The notes beneath the pieces were generated by a model. That model was given only the letters and a program-made list of their open reading frames with translations. It had not been told where the DNA came from and searched no databases. A program made the position numbers and the translations under genes. DNA of 64,000 nucleotides. It comes from Bacteroidales bacterium (GTDB lineage Bacteria > Bacteroidota > Bacteroidia > Bacteroidales > TTA-H9). The stretch lies in NCBI GenBank assembly GCA_049969475.1, contig JBMFOU010000019.1, forward strand, positions 187 to 64,186. Reading direction: 5' to 3'. Within the stretch, counting starts at the first letter, position 1, and each line of letters begins with the position of its first letter. Of the stretch, positions 28,631 to 40,059 are shown one piece after another.

Positions 28631-28745
28631 TATATCCTGCCGTTGGACAAAACTAAGCCGACCAAATCATACCACGAGTACCTTCATCCTCTGATGTCTG
28701 CAGCAGCGTAGTGTACTTGCTGTCTAATTATCAAAAATTTATTTC

Positions 28746-29180
28746 ATGGATGAGAAAATCACCTACCTGAAAAACCTGGTCCATCTGGCCCAGGCTAACA
28801 AAGAACTACACCCACGCGAAAAGGCTTGTATTCTGGAAGTAGCCCACAAATTGGGTGTCGAAGCTGCTCTGGCCGAGCAGATCATGAACGAGCCTTTGGA
28901 GCCTCCACCCCTTCCTTCCGACCCTCTGATAAAATATTCCCTGCTAAGCGACCTGCTCAACCTGGCAGCCTGCGATGGAGTAATCGGAGAAGAAGAACTG
29001 GACGATTGCAGAAGAGTTGCCACCTCGCTGGACTTCGACCCCAGCATCATCGATCACCTGGCCCAGGTGCTCCGGCATCATTTGGACCATGGATACCATA
29101 AAAATGCCTTCCAAGCGCTTATCAGCGAAAGTCTTCATGCTGAAACCATAAAAAACCACAGCCATGATAAATACGATTGA
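28746..29180 (+). CDS. TerB-like protein
   Basis: Two TerB half-repeats: LAQANKELHPRE...VA.KLG and LAACDGVIGEEE...VA.SL. Confidence 0.7.
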   Translation: MDEKITYLKNLVHLAQANKELHPREKACILEVAHKLGVEAALAEQIMNEPLEPPPLPSDPLIKYSLLSDLLNLAACDGVIGEEELDDCRRVATSLDFDPSIIDHLAQVLRHHLDHGYHKNAFQALISESLHAETIKNHSHDKYD

Positions 29181-29640
29181 AACAATACTTCAGGAAAAAG
29201 ACCTGAACTATAATGTAATCCATAATAGACCCCACCAGAGGGTGTTAAGAATGGGCTTCACGCTCGAAAATGGCCGTTGCGATACTATTATCGACATTAG
29301 AACGGGAACAAATACGGTACTTATTTACTGTCTATTACCCATTATGGTACCGGCAAATCACAGACAGCGAATCGCTGAATTCATTACACGTGCCAACTAC
29401 AGTATTATCCTGGGGAATTTTGAGATGGATTTTAATGACGGTGAGGTGCGTTACAAAAATGCATTCATCTACGACGAATATCAAGAGATCAGCGATGAGG
29501 CTTTTCTGCGTTATTTGTTTACCTCATTGCACACACTCGACATATACCTACCTGGTTTTATGGCTGTGATATACGGGGGAGTAATTCCTTTGCAGGCTAT
29601 ATCGACCATTGAAGGCAAAACCGATCCAACTAAGAATTAA
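29164..29640 (+). CDS. YbjN-domain (T3SS-chaperone-like fold) protein
   Basis: VP...R..IAEFITRANY....GNFEMDF.DGEVRYK signature. Confidence 0.85.
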   Translation: MINTIETILQEKDLNYNVIHNRPHQRVLRMGFTLENGRCDTIIDIRTGTNTVLIYCLLPIMVPANHRQRIAEFITRANYSIILGNFEMDFNDGEVRYKNAFIYDEYQEISDEAFLRYLFTSLHTLDIYLPGFMAVIYGGVIPLQAISTIEGKTDPTKN

Positions 29641-29651
29641 TACAATAAGTT

Positions 29652-30080
29652 ATGAGTCTATTAGATTATTTCGACAGCCGGGACAAAAGAGAACGCATGT
29701 CGTACGTACTCAACCTATGGGCGGTAGCAGCTGCCGACGGTCACCTTGAAGATGAAGAAAGAGACTTGATATTCCACATTGCCGCCAGACACGGGATAAC
29801 CTCAGAAGAGTTTAAGCGCATCCTTACCCGTCCTGAAAGCATTTCCTTTACACCGCCAGAGACTGTGATGGGGCAGATAGAACAATTGATGGACATGGTG
29901 ATGGTAATGTTGGTGGATGGGGAAATTGATGAGAGGGAGTACAGACTTTGCAAAACCATAGCCCGACGCCTGGGATTCAGGCAGGAAGTGATCGATGCAA
30001 TGATTCGTGCCATTGTCGATGCCATCACTCAAGAAATCCAAAAAGAAATTGCTATTGAACGCCTGATGCGGATTTTATAA
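29652..30080 (+). CDS. TerB-family protein
   Basis: VAAADGHLEDEE.DL...IA.RHG and MLVDGEIDERE..L...IA.RLGF. Confidence 0.85.
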   Translation: MSLLDYFDSRDKRERMSYVLNLWAVAAADGHLEDEERDLIFHIAARHGITSEEFKRILTRPESISFTPPETVMGQIEQLMDMVMVMLVDGEIDEREYRLCKTIARRLGFRQEVIDAMIRAIVDAITQEIQKEIAIERLMRIL

Positions 30081-30145
30081 TTGGTTTTGGCAATTAGCAT
30101 TTAAGGGCAGAGTAATACTGCCTACCTTTGCGCCAAAACCGCAAC

Positions 30146-30919
30146 ATGCGCCCCTGGTCATTGCTCAGATATCTGATTGAAGCCCGAACGCGGTATTCGG
30201 TACACTCACCTTTTGTTTATGAGTTTATTGAAAAAGTCCTCAGAGGGAGAGGCGACGCCACCTGGTATAGGGCAGCAGAAAACACCCGTCGGCGGATGCT
30301 CAGAGACCACCGGACCATTCCATTCGAGGACTTCGGCACGGGTGGTCTTCGGCAAAGGCACTACCCCATTCGTCTATCAACAATTGCGCGATATTCAGGA
30401 AGAAAGAAGAAGGAAGGACGCATGCTGGCCCGGCTGGTTGCATGGACACAGCCCAGGCACATGCTGGAATTGGGCACCTCGCTGGGAATTAGTAGTCTCT
30501 ATATGGCTTCTGCCTGCCCTGAAGCTCAATTCATAACCCTTGAAGGCTGTAAGGAGGTGCTGGAAATTGCCCGCAAGAACTTCCTCCAGGCAGGATTCTC
30601 TTCCATTCAGACGCTATCCGGCCCTTTTGAAACCACCCTTCCTACATTAATCGCAGGGGGATTGCGACCCGACCTGGTGCTCTTCGACGGAAACCATGCC
30701 CACCAACCCACGCTCTATTATTTTCACCAGCTACTACCTGTTATTCATGCAGATACTGTGTTTGTGTTCGACGACATCCATTGGTCGGCCGGGATGGAAA
30801 AAGCCTGGAAGGAAATAGCGGCCTGCCCTCAGGTAACCCTATCGGTGGACATTTTTAGTATGGGGCTGGTGTTTTTCAGATCGGGAATAAAAAAACAACA
30901 TTTCATACTGCGGTTCTAA
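30146..30919 (+). CDS. Class I SAM-dependent methyltransferase
   Basis: HSPFVY, LELGTSLGIS, TLEG, FDGNH, FDDIHW. The TACCTTTG box at 30123-30130 supports ATG 30146. Confidence 0.85.
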   Translation: MRPWSLLRYLIEARTRYSVHSPFVYEFIEKVLRGRGDATWYRAAENTRRRMLRDHRTIPFEDFGTGGLRQRHYPIRLSTIARYSGRKKKEGRMLARLVAWTQPRHMLELGTSLGISSLYMASACPEAQFITLEGCKEVLEIARKNFLQAGFSSIQTLSGPFETTLPTLIAGGLRPDLVLFDGNHAHQPTLYYFHQLLPVIHADTVFVFDDIHWSAGMEKAWKEIAACPQVTLSVDIFSMGLVFFRSGIKKQHFILRF

Positions 30920-30985
30920 ACCCCAACCTGTAACAATTATCAAAAACAGGCGTTTATCATATTAGAAAAATCCGAAAACAAACTT

Positions 30986-31717
30986 ATGCAAACACAGGAA
31001 CAACTGATACGGCTGGTAGATATCAAAAAACATTATAAAGTAGGGGCAGAGATTGTAAAGGCCCTGCAATCTATAACCCTGAATGTCAAACGGGGTGAAT
31101 TTGTAGCCCTGATGGGAGCCTCGGGCTCAGGGAAAAGCACGCTGATGAACATTCTGGGTTGCCTCGATACCCCTACAGCAGGCCAGTATTTTTTGGAGGG
31201 CAGCGATGTAAGCAAACTCGACGATAATCAGCTGGCCGAGATACGCAACAAAAAAATCGGCTTTGTATTCCAAACCTTCAACCTTTTGCCCCGCTCCACA
31301 GCGCTTGAAAATGTTGTACTACCTCTCATCTACGCAGGTATAGGGAAGGAAGATAGGCTGCGCAGAGGCAGGGAGGTACTCGAGCAGGTGCACCTGGCCG
31401 ACCGCATGAACCACAAGCCCAACGAACTTTCAGGCGGGCAAAGGCAAAGGGTAGCCATTGCCCGGGCACTGGTTAATCACCCTTCTATCATCCTGGCTGA
31501 CGAGCCCACAGGAAACCTCGATTCGAAAACCTCGCTCGAAATCATGGGCCTTTTTGAAGAAATACACGCAGCAGGTAATACCATCATTCTCGTTACGCAC
31601 GAAGAAGATATAGCCCGGCATGCCCATCGTATTGTTCGCCTACGCGACGGTCTTATAGAGGCCGACTACCTCAACCCCAACATTCAAACTGTAAATAAGG
31701 CGGTTGCAGTCGAATAA
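30986..31717 (+). CDS. ABC transporter ATP-binding protein (LolD/MacB-type)
   Basis: [44 protein letters not shown]. Confidence 0.92.
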   Translation: MQTQEQLIRLVDIKKHYKVGAEIVKALQSITLNVKRGEFVALMGASGSGKSTLMNILGCLDTPTAGQYFLEGSDVSKLDDNQLAEIRNKKIGFVFQTFNLLPRSTALENVVLPLIYAGIGKEDRLRRGREVLEQVHLADRMNHKPNELSGGQRQRVAIARALVNHPSIILADEPTGNLDSKTSLEIMGLFEEIHAAGNTIILVTHEEDIARHAHRIVRLRDGLIEADYLNPNIQTVNKAVAVE

Positions 31718-31779
31718 AGTGCGGGACAACAAATTTCCCTGGTATGTGTTTAAGACCGAAATCCTTCGACATAGACTGA

Positions 31780-32340
31780 ATGAGTAAAGACTGGAAAATA
31801 TACACTAAAACCGGCGATAAAGGAGAAACCAGTCTCCTGGGCGGACAACGCGTACCTAAATGGCACGACAGAATAGAAGCATATGGCACGCTTGACGAAT
31901 TTAATGCCTTCCTGGGCGTCCTGCTCGATACCGTAGATGACCCGAAGCTCAAAGAATTTCTATTTAGAATACAGGACCGCATCTTCGTCATTGAATCGAT
32001 TTTTGCAGCCGCCTCACCTGACGACATGGCAGGCTTACCGGAAATACACGAAGAAGACATCGTGGCACTTGAAAAAGCTATAGACCAGATGAACGAAACA
32101 CTCCCCCCGCTCACATCCTTTATCTTGCCGGGAGGCCATCCACTGGTATCAGCAGCACATGTGGCCCGCACAGTATGTCGCAGAGCGGAGCGATGCATGG
32201 TTAAAGTGTCGCGTCAAACAGCTCAGGAAGAAATTGGCATCAAATACGTCAATCGTTTATCGGATTATCTCTTTGTTTTGGCACGCAAATTGGGTCAACA
32301 AGCTGGCGCAAAAGAACATCTGTGGAAACCTTCCAAATAA
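31780..32340 (+). CDS. ATP:cob(I)alamin adenosyltransferase (PduO type)
   Basis: KIYTKTGDKG.T, YGTLDE, FILPGG, RTVCRRAER, NRLSDYLF. Confidence 0.93.
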   Translation: MSKDWKIYTKTGDKGETSLLGGQRVPKWHDRIEAYGTLDEFNAFLGVLLDTVDDPKLKEFLFRIQDRIFVIESIFAAASPDDMAGLPEIHEEDIVALEKAIDQMNETLPPLTSFILPGGHPLVSAAHVARTVCRRAERCMVKVSRQTAQEEIGIKYVNRLSDYLFVLARKLGQQAGAKEHLWKPSK

Positions 32341-32421
32341 TTTTCAAGATAGATGTGCAATAAATCATTTTTGTTATATTTTTGCGCCCTTTTTTTGAAA
32401 AACCCTTAAAAACCTGAACCT

Positions 32422-32643
32422 ATGTACTGGACGCTTGAACTTGCTTCAAAACTTGAGGATGCTCCCTGGCCCGCCACCAAAGAGGAGCTTATTGACTATG
32501 CGATTCGTACAGGCGCCCCCCAGGAGGTGATTGAAAACCTCCAGGAAATTGAAGATGAAGGAGATGTTTACGAAAGCATTGAAGACATCTGGCCCGATTA
32601 TCCAACGAAAGAAGACTTCTTCTTTCATGAGGATGAATATTAA
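32422..32643 (+). CDS. DUF2795-family small acidic protein
   Basis: MYWTLELASKLEDAPWPATKEELIDYA, highly conserved in Bacteroidota. TATTTTTG box at 32377-32384. Confidence 0.88.
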   Translation: MYWTLELASKLEDAPWPATKEELIDYAIRTGAPQEVIENLQEIEDEGDVYESIEDIWPDYPTKEDFFFHEDEY

Positions 32644-32659
32644 TCCTCCCTCATATAGA

Positions 32660-32697
32660 AAAAAGAGGCTGTCTCACATACGGGGCAGCCTCTTTTT
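32660..32697 (+). terminator. Intrinsic terminator after DUF2795, possibly bidirectional
   Basis: AAAAAGAGGCTGTCTC / GGGGCAGCCTCTTTTT inverted repeat. Confidence 0.8.
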
Positions 32698-32973
32698 GTT
32701 TGTGACGATAATTACTACAGACTAACGAATACATGCCTCACACCTCATGCCTTGCAGACGATATTATGTGGGTTCAACTACTGTTAATTGTGTATAATTC
32801 ATAACGCGGATGACACCCAATTGTAATCTTCAAACAATCCGGGCACATGCATTCAATTCTTGTTGTCTTTAATTAAGCATAGGCGACCAACGACTTTCAA
32901 CCTCATAGATGAATTCTCATCTTTGTGGGCAGGCCCTTGAAACCTATTACCCAATAATCCCCATTTTTTTAGG

Positions 32974-32981
32974 TACCTTTG
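32974..32981 (+). promoter_or_regulatory. -7 promoter box (TACCTTTG) for secA
   Basis: TAnnTTTG match upstream of secA. Confidence 0.6.
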
Positions 32982-33037
32982 CGGTACAATTCTTGCGCGT
33001 GGCAGAAATCTGATAATAAATCAACTACATTATACCC

Positions 33038-36000
33038 ATGCTAAGCATTATTAAGAAATTTTTCGGTACCAAGTCAGAACGAGACATCAAAGAGATAATG
33101 CCCATCGTAGCCAAAATTCATAAGGCCTACGAAACCATAAGCCAGCTATCCAACGACGAACTGAGGGCCAAAACTCTCGAATTCAAGAAAAAAATTGCCG
33201 AATACATTGCTCCTGAGGAAAACCACATCCAGGAACTAAAAAACCGCATTGATACAGAGCTGGATATGGATGTGGAAGAAAAATCAGCCCTTTACAAGGA
33301 AATAGACCAGCTGAGCAAAACTTCCTATCAGAAGAGTCAGCAGATTTTGAATGAAATATTGCCTGAAGCCTTTGCCGTAGTAAAAGAAACGGCTCGTCGC
33401 TTCAAGGAAAATGAAAAGGTGTGGGTAACAGCCACCGAGAGAGACCGCGACCTGGCCGCTCGCAAAAACAATGTAATCATCGAGGGTGACAAAGCTTGCT
33501 ATCTTAACCAGTGGATGGCTGGCGGCAACATGATTACATGGGACATGGTTCACTACGACGTGCAATTGATAGGAGGCATTGTTTTGCACCAGGGCAAAAT
33601 AGCCGAAATGGCCACAGGTGAAGGGAAAACCCTGGTAGCCACGCTTCCGGTTTACCTGAATGCTTTGACAGGAAAAGGGGTACACGTGGTTACGGTAAAC
33701 GACTATTTGGCCAAGCGCGACTCGGAGTGGATGGGTGTGCTCTACGAGTTTCACGGACTTACCGTGGATTGTATCGACAAGCACGAGCCCAACAGTGAAG
33801 CCCGCCGCAAAGCTTATTTGGCCGATATAACCTACGGCACCAACAATGAATTTGGCTTCGACTACCTGCGCGACAATATGACGCAAAGCCCTGACGAACT
33901 GGTGCAGCGCGAACACATTTATGCCATCGTGGACGAGGTGGACTCGGTGCTTATCGACGATGCCCGTACCCCCCTTATCATCTCGGGCCCCACGCCAAAA
34001 GGTGAAGACCAGCTCTTCGACGAACTGAAGCCCATGGTGAGCAAGCTTTATAATCTGCAGCGCAACCTGGTTACTAAAATCCTGGCGGAGGCTAAGGAAC
34101 TACTCTCGGGCAATCCTACGCCTGAACAGGAGACCAAGGGAGGCGAACTCTTGCTGAGAGCCCATCGGGGTCTGCCCAAGCACAAACCTCTCATTAAATT
34201 CCTCAGCGAACCTGGGATGAAGGCCCTCCTGCTGAAAACCGAAAATTTCTATCTGCAGGAACAAGCCAAAAACATGCATATCATCGACGACGAACTTTAT
34301 TTCGTCATTGACGAGAAAAATAATACCATAGAGCTGACAGAAAAGGGCATCGACGCACTTACTGAATCCTATCAGGACCCCCATTTCTTTATTCTTCCGG
34401 ATGTGGGCAGCGAGATTTCGGAAATCGAAAGAATGAACATTCCGGAGTCGGAAAAAGAAGAGCGCAAAAGCCAGCTCATGAGCGAGTATGCAGTGAAATC
34501 GGAACGGGTTCATACGGTCAACCAGTTGCTTAGAGCTTACGCCTTGTTTGAGAAAGACGTGGAATACGTTATCATCGACAATAAAGTAAAAATTGTGGAT
34601 GAGCAGACCGGCCGTATCCTTGAGGGTCGTCGTTACTCCGATGGATTGCACCAGGCCATTGAGGCCAAGGAAAACGTAAAGGTGGAGGCTGCTACTCAAA
34701 CCTATGCCACCATCACCCTGCAAAACTATTTCAGGATGTATAAAAAACTGGCAGGGATGACAGGGACGGCAGAAACCGAAGCCGGTGAGTTCTGGAGCAT
34801 TTACAAGCTTGATGTGGTGGTGATTCCTACCAACAAGCCAGTCATCCGCAAAGACATGGAAGACCTGGTTTACAAGACCAAACGCGAAAAATACAATGCA
34901 GTCATTGAAGAGATAGAGCGGCTGATAAATGCCGGAAGGCCGGTGCTGGTGGGTACCACGTCGGTAGAAACCTCTGAGTTACTGAGTCGCATGCTTACTT
35001 TACGAAAAATTCCCCATAACGTACTCAATGCCAAGCAGCATGCCCGCGAAGCAGAAATTGTGGCTCATGCAGGTTTGGCCCGTACGGTTACCATTGCTAC
35101 CAACATGGCAGGTCGAGGTACGGACATCAAGCTGGGCCCCGGAGTTAAAGAAGCGGGAGGTTTAGCTATTATTGGTACAGAGCGACACGAGTCGCGGCGA
35201 GTAGACCGTCAGTTACGCGGACGTGCCGGACGTCAGGGTGACCCAGGTAGTTCCCAGTTTTTCGTCTCCCTTGAAGACGACCTGATGCGTCTGTTTGGTT
35301 CTGACCGCATAGCCAAAATCATGGACCGCCTGGGCCTGAAAGAAGGAGAGGTGATACAGCATTCCATGATCACCAAATCCATAGAAAGAGCTCAACGCAA
35401 GGTAGAAGAAAACAATTTCGGCATACGTAAGCGTTTGCTCGAATACGACGACGTAATGAATGCCCAACGTGAGGTGATTTACAGCCGCCGCCGCAATGCG
35501 CTTCACGGCGAACGTCTGGCCCTCGACATCCGCAATATGATCGAAGACCTGTGCCACACGCTGGTGGATGAATACTGGGAAGCCAAAGATTTCCCATCAT
35601 TCAGGATGGAATTGCTAAGAATTTTCGGCGTGGATAGTCCTTTCAGCGAAAATGAATTTTACAATCGCAGTCGCAAAGACTTGGCTCCTACACTTTTCGA
35701 AACCGTTTACCACCGCTACCGCGCTAAGTGCCAGGGTCTGGCCGAGAAAACCTTCCCTGTTATCAAGGATGTATACGAAAACCATTCTCAATACGAATAC
35801 ATAGCTGTTCCTATTACTGATGGACGTAAGCAGCTAAATCTGGTTGTTAACCTGAAAAAGGCCTACAACGACCAGGCCCGCGAAGTGGTGCTCACCATGG
35901 AAAAAACCATTACCCTTGTCGTTATCGACAATGCCTGGAAAGAGCACCTGCGCGAAATGGATGACCTTAAGCAATCGGTACAAAACGCTGTATATGAACA

Positions 36001-36328
36001 AAAAGACCCTCTGCTCATCTATAAATTCGAGTCGTTTGAGCTCTTTAGCAAAATGCTAATGCGCATCAACCGCGAGATTACTTCCTTCCTTATGCGAGCC
36101 AATCTGCCCGGCGCCGAGACCGAAGTCAAGCAGGCTCAGATGCCACGCCGTACTGATATGAGTCGCCTCAAGCAAGAACGTACGGATATGCTTTCGCAAG
36201 CCAACCCAACGCAGGCTCCCTCAAAATCTGCACCCATTAAGGTAGAGAAACGCATTGGCCGCAACGACCCCTGCCCTTGCGGTAGTGGTAAGAAATACAA
36301 AAACTGCCACGGAAAAAACCAAGTTTAA
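33038..36328 (+). CDS. secA: Preprotein translocase subunit SecA
   Basis: [42 protein letters not shown], and the SEC-C motif [13 protein letters not shown]. Confidence 0.98.
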   Translation: MLSIIKKFFGTKSERDIKEIMPIVAKIHKAYETISQLSNDELRAKTLEFKKKIAEYIAPEENHIQELKNRIDTELDMDVEEKSALYKEIDQLSKTSYQKSQQILNEILPEAFAVVKETARRFKENEKVWVTATERDRDLAARKNNVIIEGDKACYLNQWMAGGNMITWDMVHYDVQLIGGIVLHQGKIAEMATGEGKTLVATLPVYLNALTGKGVHVVTVNDYLAKRDSEWMGVLYEFHGLTVDCIDKHEPNSEARRKAYLADITYGTNNEFGFDYLRDNMTQSPDELVQREHIYAIVDEVDSVLIDDARTPLIISGPTPKGEDQLFDELKPMVSKLYNLQRNLVTKILAEAKELLSGNPTPEQETKGGELLLRAHRGLPKHKPLIKFLSEPGMKALLLKTENFYLQEQAKNMHIIDDELYFVIDEKNNTIELTEKGIDALTESYQDPHFFILPDVGSEISEIERMNIPESEKEERKSQLMSEYAVKSERVHTVNQLLRAYALFEKDVEYVIIDNKVKIVDEQTGRILEGRRYSDGLHQAIEAKENVKVEAATQTYATITLQNYFRMYKKLAGMTGTAETEAGEFWSIYKLDVVVIPTNKPVIRKDMEDLVYKTKREKYNAVIEEIERLINAGRPVLVGTTSVETSELLSRMLTLRKIPHNVLNAKQHAREAEIVAHAGLARTVTIATNMAGRGTDIKLGPGVKEAGGLAIIGTERHESRRVDRQLRGRAGRQGDPGSSQFFVSLEDDLMRLFGSDRIAKIMDRLGLKEGEVIQHSMITKSIERAQRKVEENNFGIRKRLLEYDDVMNAQREVIYSRRRNALHGERLALDIRNMIEDLCHTLVDEYWEAKDFPSFRMELLRIFGVDSPFSENEFYNRSRKDLAPTLFETVYHRYRAKCQGLAEKTFPVIKDVYENHSQYEYIAVPITDGRKQLNLVVNLKKAYNDQAREVVLTMEKTITLVVIDNAWKEHLREMDDLKQSVQNAVYEQKDPLLIYKFESFELFSKMLMRINREITSFLMRANLPGAETEVKQAQMPRRTDMSRLKQERTDMLSQANPTQAPSKSAPIKVEKRIGRNDPCPCGSGKKYKNCHGKNQV

Positions 36329-36349
36329 CCCTCAGCAAATAGATTTGTT

Positions 36350-37066
36350 ATGTTAAAGTATAAAAGAATTTTGCTCAAGCTCAGCGGTGAATCGCTGATG
36401 GGCAATCAGCATTACGGAATTGATCCCAACCGGCTTGCGGAATATGCCGAACAGATAGCTGACGTTAACCGGCTGGGAGTAGAAATTGCCATAGTAATCG
36501 GTGGGGGTAATATTTTCAGAGGGCTTCAGGGAGCTGCCAAGGGCATGGACCGTGTTCAGGGCGATTATATGGGCATGCTGGCCACCCTCATCAACAGCAT
36601 GGCCCTGCAGGCCGAACTCGAAAAACAGGGTATTCCCACCGCATTGCTGGGAGGGCTGGAAGTAAAACCCATTGCCCGACCCATGAGCCGCCGCGAGGCT
36701 ATTGCAGAGCTCGAAACGGGCAAAGTGGTCATCATCAGTGGTGGAACCGGCAATCCTTATTTCACTACCGATACAGCTTCAGCCCTTCGGGGAGTAGAAA
36801 TAAAAGCCGATGTTTTACTCAAAGGCACCCGGGTGGATGGAGTTTACACGGCCGATCCCGAAAAAGACCCCTCGGCTACTAAATACAGCACCCTCTCCTT
36901 TAAAGAAGCTTACAGCAAAGGGCTGAAGGTAATGGATCTCACGGCTTTTAGCCTTTGCATGGAAAACGACCTACCCATTTATGTCTTTGATATGGATACC
37001 CAAGGAAACCTTCGCAAGGTAGTAGAAGGTGAACACATAGGTACCCTGGTGTCGAATCATGTCTGA
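36350..37066 (+). CDS. pyrH: UMP kinase
   Basis: KRILLKLSGE, GGGNIFRG, GNPYFTTD, DGVYTADP. Confidence 0.97.
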   Translation: MLKYKRILLKLSGESLMGNQHYGIDPNRLAEYAEQIADVNRLGVEIAIVIGGGNIFRGLQGAAKGMDRVQGDYMGMLATLINSMALQAELEKQGIPTALLGGLEVKPIARPMSRREAIAELETGKVVIISGGTGNPYFTTDTASALRGVEIKADVLLKGTRVDGVYTADPEKDPSATKYSTLSFKEAYSKGLKVMDLTAFSLCMENDLPIYVFDMDTQGNLRKVVEGEHIGTLVSNHV

Positions 37067-37081
37067 TTTTTAACTTTTAAC

Positions 37082-38446
37082 ATGCAAAAACCTAGTATTC
37101 CTAAAGGAACCCGCGACTTCGGCCCGGCAGAGATGCAGCGCCGAAACTATATTTTTGATACCATACGCTCAGTTTTCCGAAGCTATGGTTATCAGCCCAT
37201 CGAGACCCCTGCTATGGAAAATCTGAGCACCCTGTTGGGAAAATATGGTGAGGAGGGTGACAAACTCCTTTTCCGAATACTCAATTCGGGCGATTTTCTG
37301 AGGGAGGTTCCCGCCGATATCTTACAACATCCACAAAGTCAACGCATTTCATCTTACATTGCAGAGAAAGGCTTGCGCTACGACCTTACAGTACCTTTTG
37401 CGCGCTTCGTGGTGCAATATCGTGATAAGATTACCCTCCCTTTCCGCCGCTATCAGATACAGCCCGTATGGCGGGCTGATAAGCCGCAGCGGGGTCGGTA
37501 CCGCGAATTTTACCAATGCGACGCCGACATCATCGGAAGCTCATCACTATTCAACGAGGCCGAACTCATCAGTTTGATTGACGAAGTGTTTACCCAACTG
37601 CGCCTCAACATTCGCATTTTACTTAACAACCGAAAAATACTGGCCGGCATCGCCGAAACGATTGGCCACCCCGATAAGCTCACCGACATCACCACTGCCA
37701 TTGACAAGCTCGACAAAGTGGGTCTGGAAAAAGTAAACGAAGAGCTGGCCGGAAGGGGGCTTCCTTCAGAAGCCATTGAAAAGCTACAGCCCATACTGTT
37801 CTTACAGGGAAGTGCCGAAGAAAAAATCGCCAGGCTCACCCATCTCCTCCACGCCTCTCCTACGGGTATGAAAGGCCTTGATGAACTGCAGACCGTACTG
37901 AATTATCTGCCCCACTTCGGCATCCGTTCAGCTGTTGTCTTCGATCTGACATTGGCCCGGGGTCTCAATTACTACACTGGAGCCATCATCGAAGTAAAAA
38001 GTACAGATGTGAGCATTGGGAGTATATGCGGGGGGGGTCGCTACGACGACCTCACCGGAATCTTTGGCCTTCCGGGTATTTCAGGCGTGGGAATCTCGTT
38101 CGGCGCCGACCGTATCTATGATGTATTGGAACAAACAGGCCGTTTCCCTGCCGAGGCAACAAGCGGCACCCGTGTGCTGATTATCAACTTTGGAGATAAG
38201 GAAGAAAAGTATTGCATACCGCTTTTACTCAAGCTTCGCGCCCAGGGCACCAGCGCTGAACTCTACCCGGAACCTGCCAAAATCAAAAAACAGATGAGCT
38301 ATGCCGATGCCCATGCAATTCCTTTTGTAGTACTTGCAGGTGAGAATGAAATTCAAACCGGCTCGTTTACCCTGAAAAACATGCAAACCGGAACCCAGCA
38401 AAAACTCTCAGCTGAAGAACTACTTAAAACCGTTAAAGAACAGTAA
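37082..38446 (+). CDS. hisS: Histidine--tRNA ligase
   Basis: [47 protein letters not shown]. Confidence 0.97.
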   Translation: MQKPSIPKGTRDFGPAEMQRRNYIFDTIRSVFRSYGYQPIETPAMENLSTLLGKYGEEGDKLLFRILNSGDFLREVPADILQHPQSQRISSYIAEKGLRYDLTVPFARFVVQYRDKITLPFRRYQIQPVWRADKPQRGRYREFYQCDADIIGSSSLFNEAELISLIDEVFTQLRLNIRILLNNRKILAGIAETIGHPDKLTDITTAIDKLDKVGLEKVNEELAGRGLPSEAIEKLQPILFLQGSAEEKIARLTHLLHASPTGMKGLDELQTVLNYLPHFGIRSAVVFDLTLARGLNYYTGAIIEVKSTDVSIGSICGGGRYDDLTGIFGLPGISGVGISFGADRIYDVLEQTGRFPAEATSGTRVLIINFGDKEEKYCIPLLLKLRAQGTSAELYPEPAKIKKQMSYADAHAIPFVVLAGENEIQTGSFTLKNMQTGTQQKLSAEELLKTVKEQ

Positions 38447-38495
38447 TTGAATCTCTTAAGAGGTTATTCAGCACGAGGATATTAGTAAATTATTT

Positions 38496-38532
38496 GACCG
38501 GACTTCACGAGAAAAGGAGTCCGGTTATTTAT
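38496..38532 (+). terminator. Intrinsic terminator after secA-pyrH-hisS
   Basis: ACCGGACTTC/GGAGTCCGGT stem followed by TATTTAT. Confidence 0.65.
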
Positions 38533-38603
38533 TCATATGCAACTATCTTCATAAGTTTGCCGGGTTTTTTGCGACCTCATCATCAATCACCCACCTTCTT
38601 TGC

Positions 38604-39757
38604 ATGAAATGGTTTTCAACTAAGATTCAAATCAATCGAAATGAGCTGTCAGGAGCGTTTGGCGATATCGGCACAGACCTGCCTTTAATTGTAGCTATGC
38701 TGGCTGCCAGCGATCTGAAAGCCGGAAATATTCTCATTCTTTTCGGTATTTTGCAAATAATCACCTCTTTCGTTTATGGCCTTCCCATGCCTGTGCAGCC
38801 CCTGAAGGCCGTAGCGATGATAGTAATTACTCAAAAAATCTCCAGCGAGGTCATCTTTGGGGGAGGTATGGCTATTGGAATACTTATGCTCCTCTTAACC
38901 CTGACAGGCCTCATCAGTTATCTTCATAAGATTATTCCCAAAACCGTTATAAGAGGTATACAATTCGGGCTTGGACTGCAGTTGAGTTTGCTGGCTTTAA
39001 AGAGTATGTTCCATCGGAGCATTTAAACGGATATTTATTGGCCATCCCGGCTTTTGGGTTAGGTTTGGTATTCATAGGTAATCGCAAATATCCTCCGGCC
39101 CTTTTCATTCTCTCGCTGGGTATTATTTATGCATTTTTGTTTCAACCTTCTATTCACAAGGACATCCATCTGCATCTACCAGTTCTGGAATGGCCCGCCA
39201 TTACCCCTGAACACATCTGGACCGGTTTTTTACTTCTGGCCCTTCCTCAGATACCTTTATCGCTCGGAAACTCCATCTTTGCCAAACATCAATTAATCAA
39301 GGATTATTTCCCAGAAAAGCAGATAAGGATCAAAAAAATCGGACTTACATACTCCTTGATGAACATTTTCGCTGCACTGACAGGAGGTATTCCGGTATGC
39401 CACGGATCGGGAGGCGTAGCGGGGATTTATACTTTTGGGGGCCGAACCGGAGGGTCAACCTTTATTTATGGATTGTTTTACATTCTGCTCGGCCTTTTTA
39501 TGGGGATGAGCCCTTCTCACATTTTCGGAATATTTCCCAAGCCCATCCTCGGAGTTATCCTACTGTTTGAAGGAATAGCGCTCATCCTCCTCGTGAAAGA
39601 TATCATTACCAACCGAAGAAACTTCTTCCTGGCCATACTGGTGGGGCTCATGGCCAATGGCATTCTCTATGGGTACTTAACTGGAATGATAGTGGGAGCG
39701 CTTTTATTTTACCTGCCCCAAAACTGGATTCTGAAAGACTTTTCAAGGACTCATTAA
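38604..39757 (+). pseudogene. MOT1-type molybdate/sulfate transporter split by a 1-nt frameshift near 39000
   Basis: ELSGAFGDIGT, PMPVQPLKA, QIPLSLGNS and PVCHGSGG motifs are spread over two ORFs. Adding one A to TTAAAGAG restores ...LALKEYVPSEHLNGYLLAIP... Confidence 0.8.
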
Positions 39758-40059
39758 ACTTTCTATTCCCCAAATATTTCATCCTGCTAATTCATCTCTT
39801 GTTATCAATAAACACCAACTATCTTTGGCGGAGATAGAAGCTTTCCGCACTCACGATGCCATAACTTTTTGACGCCTTGAATCTTAAATTCTATTTGAGG
39901 TCAGAGTATCTTTCCATTGCTTAAAACCCATCAACCGACCTCAGATATTATTATACTCGCCAAAGAATAGGCATTCACACTCAATTTATGAAAGGAATCT
40001 CTTCAATTTCCTAAAAATTGTAACTTTAAAGGTCTATTCTCATTTAATTATCTACAGTA

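Noticed and set aside
38030-38037. G8 tract as a phase-variation site
   Set aside because: Encodes the conserved GGGR motif of the essential hisS gene.
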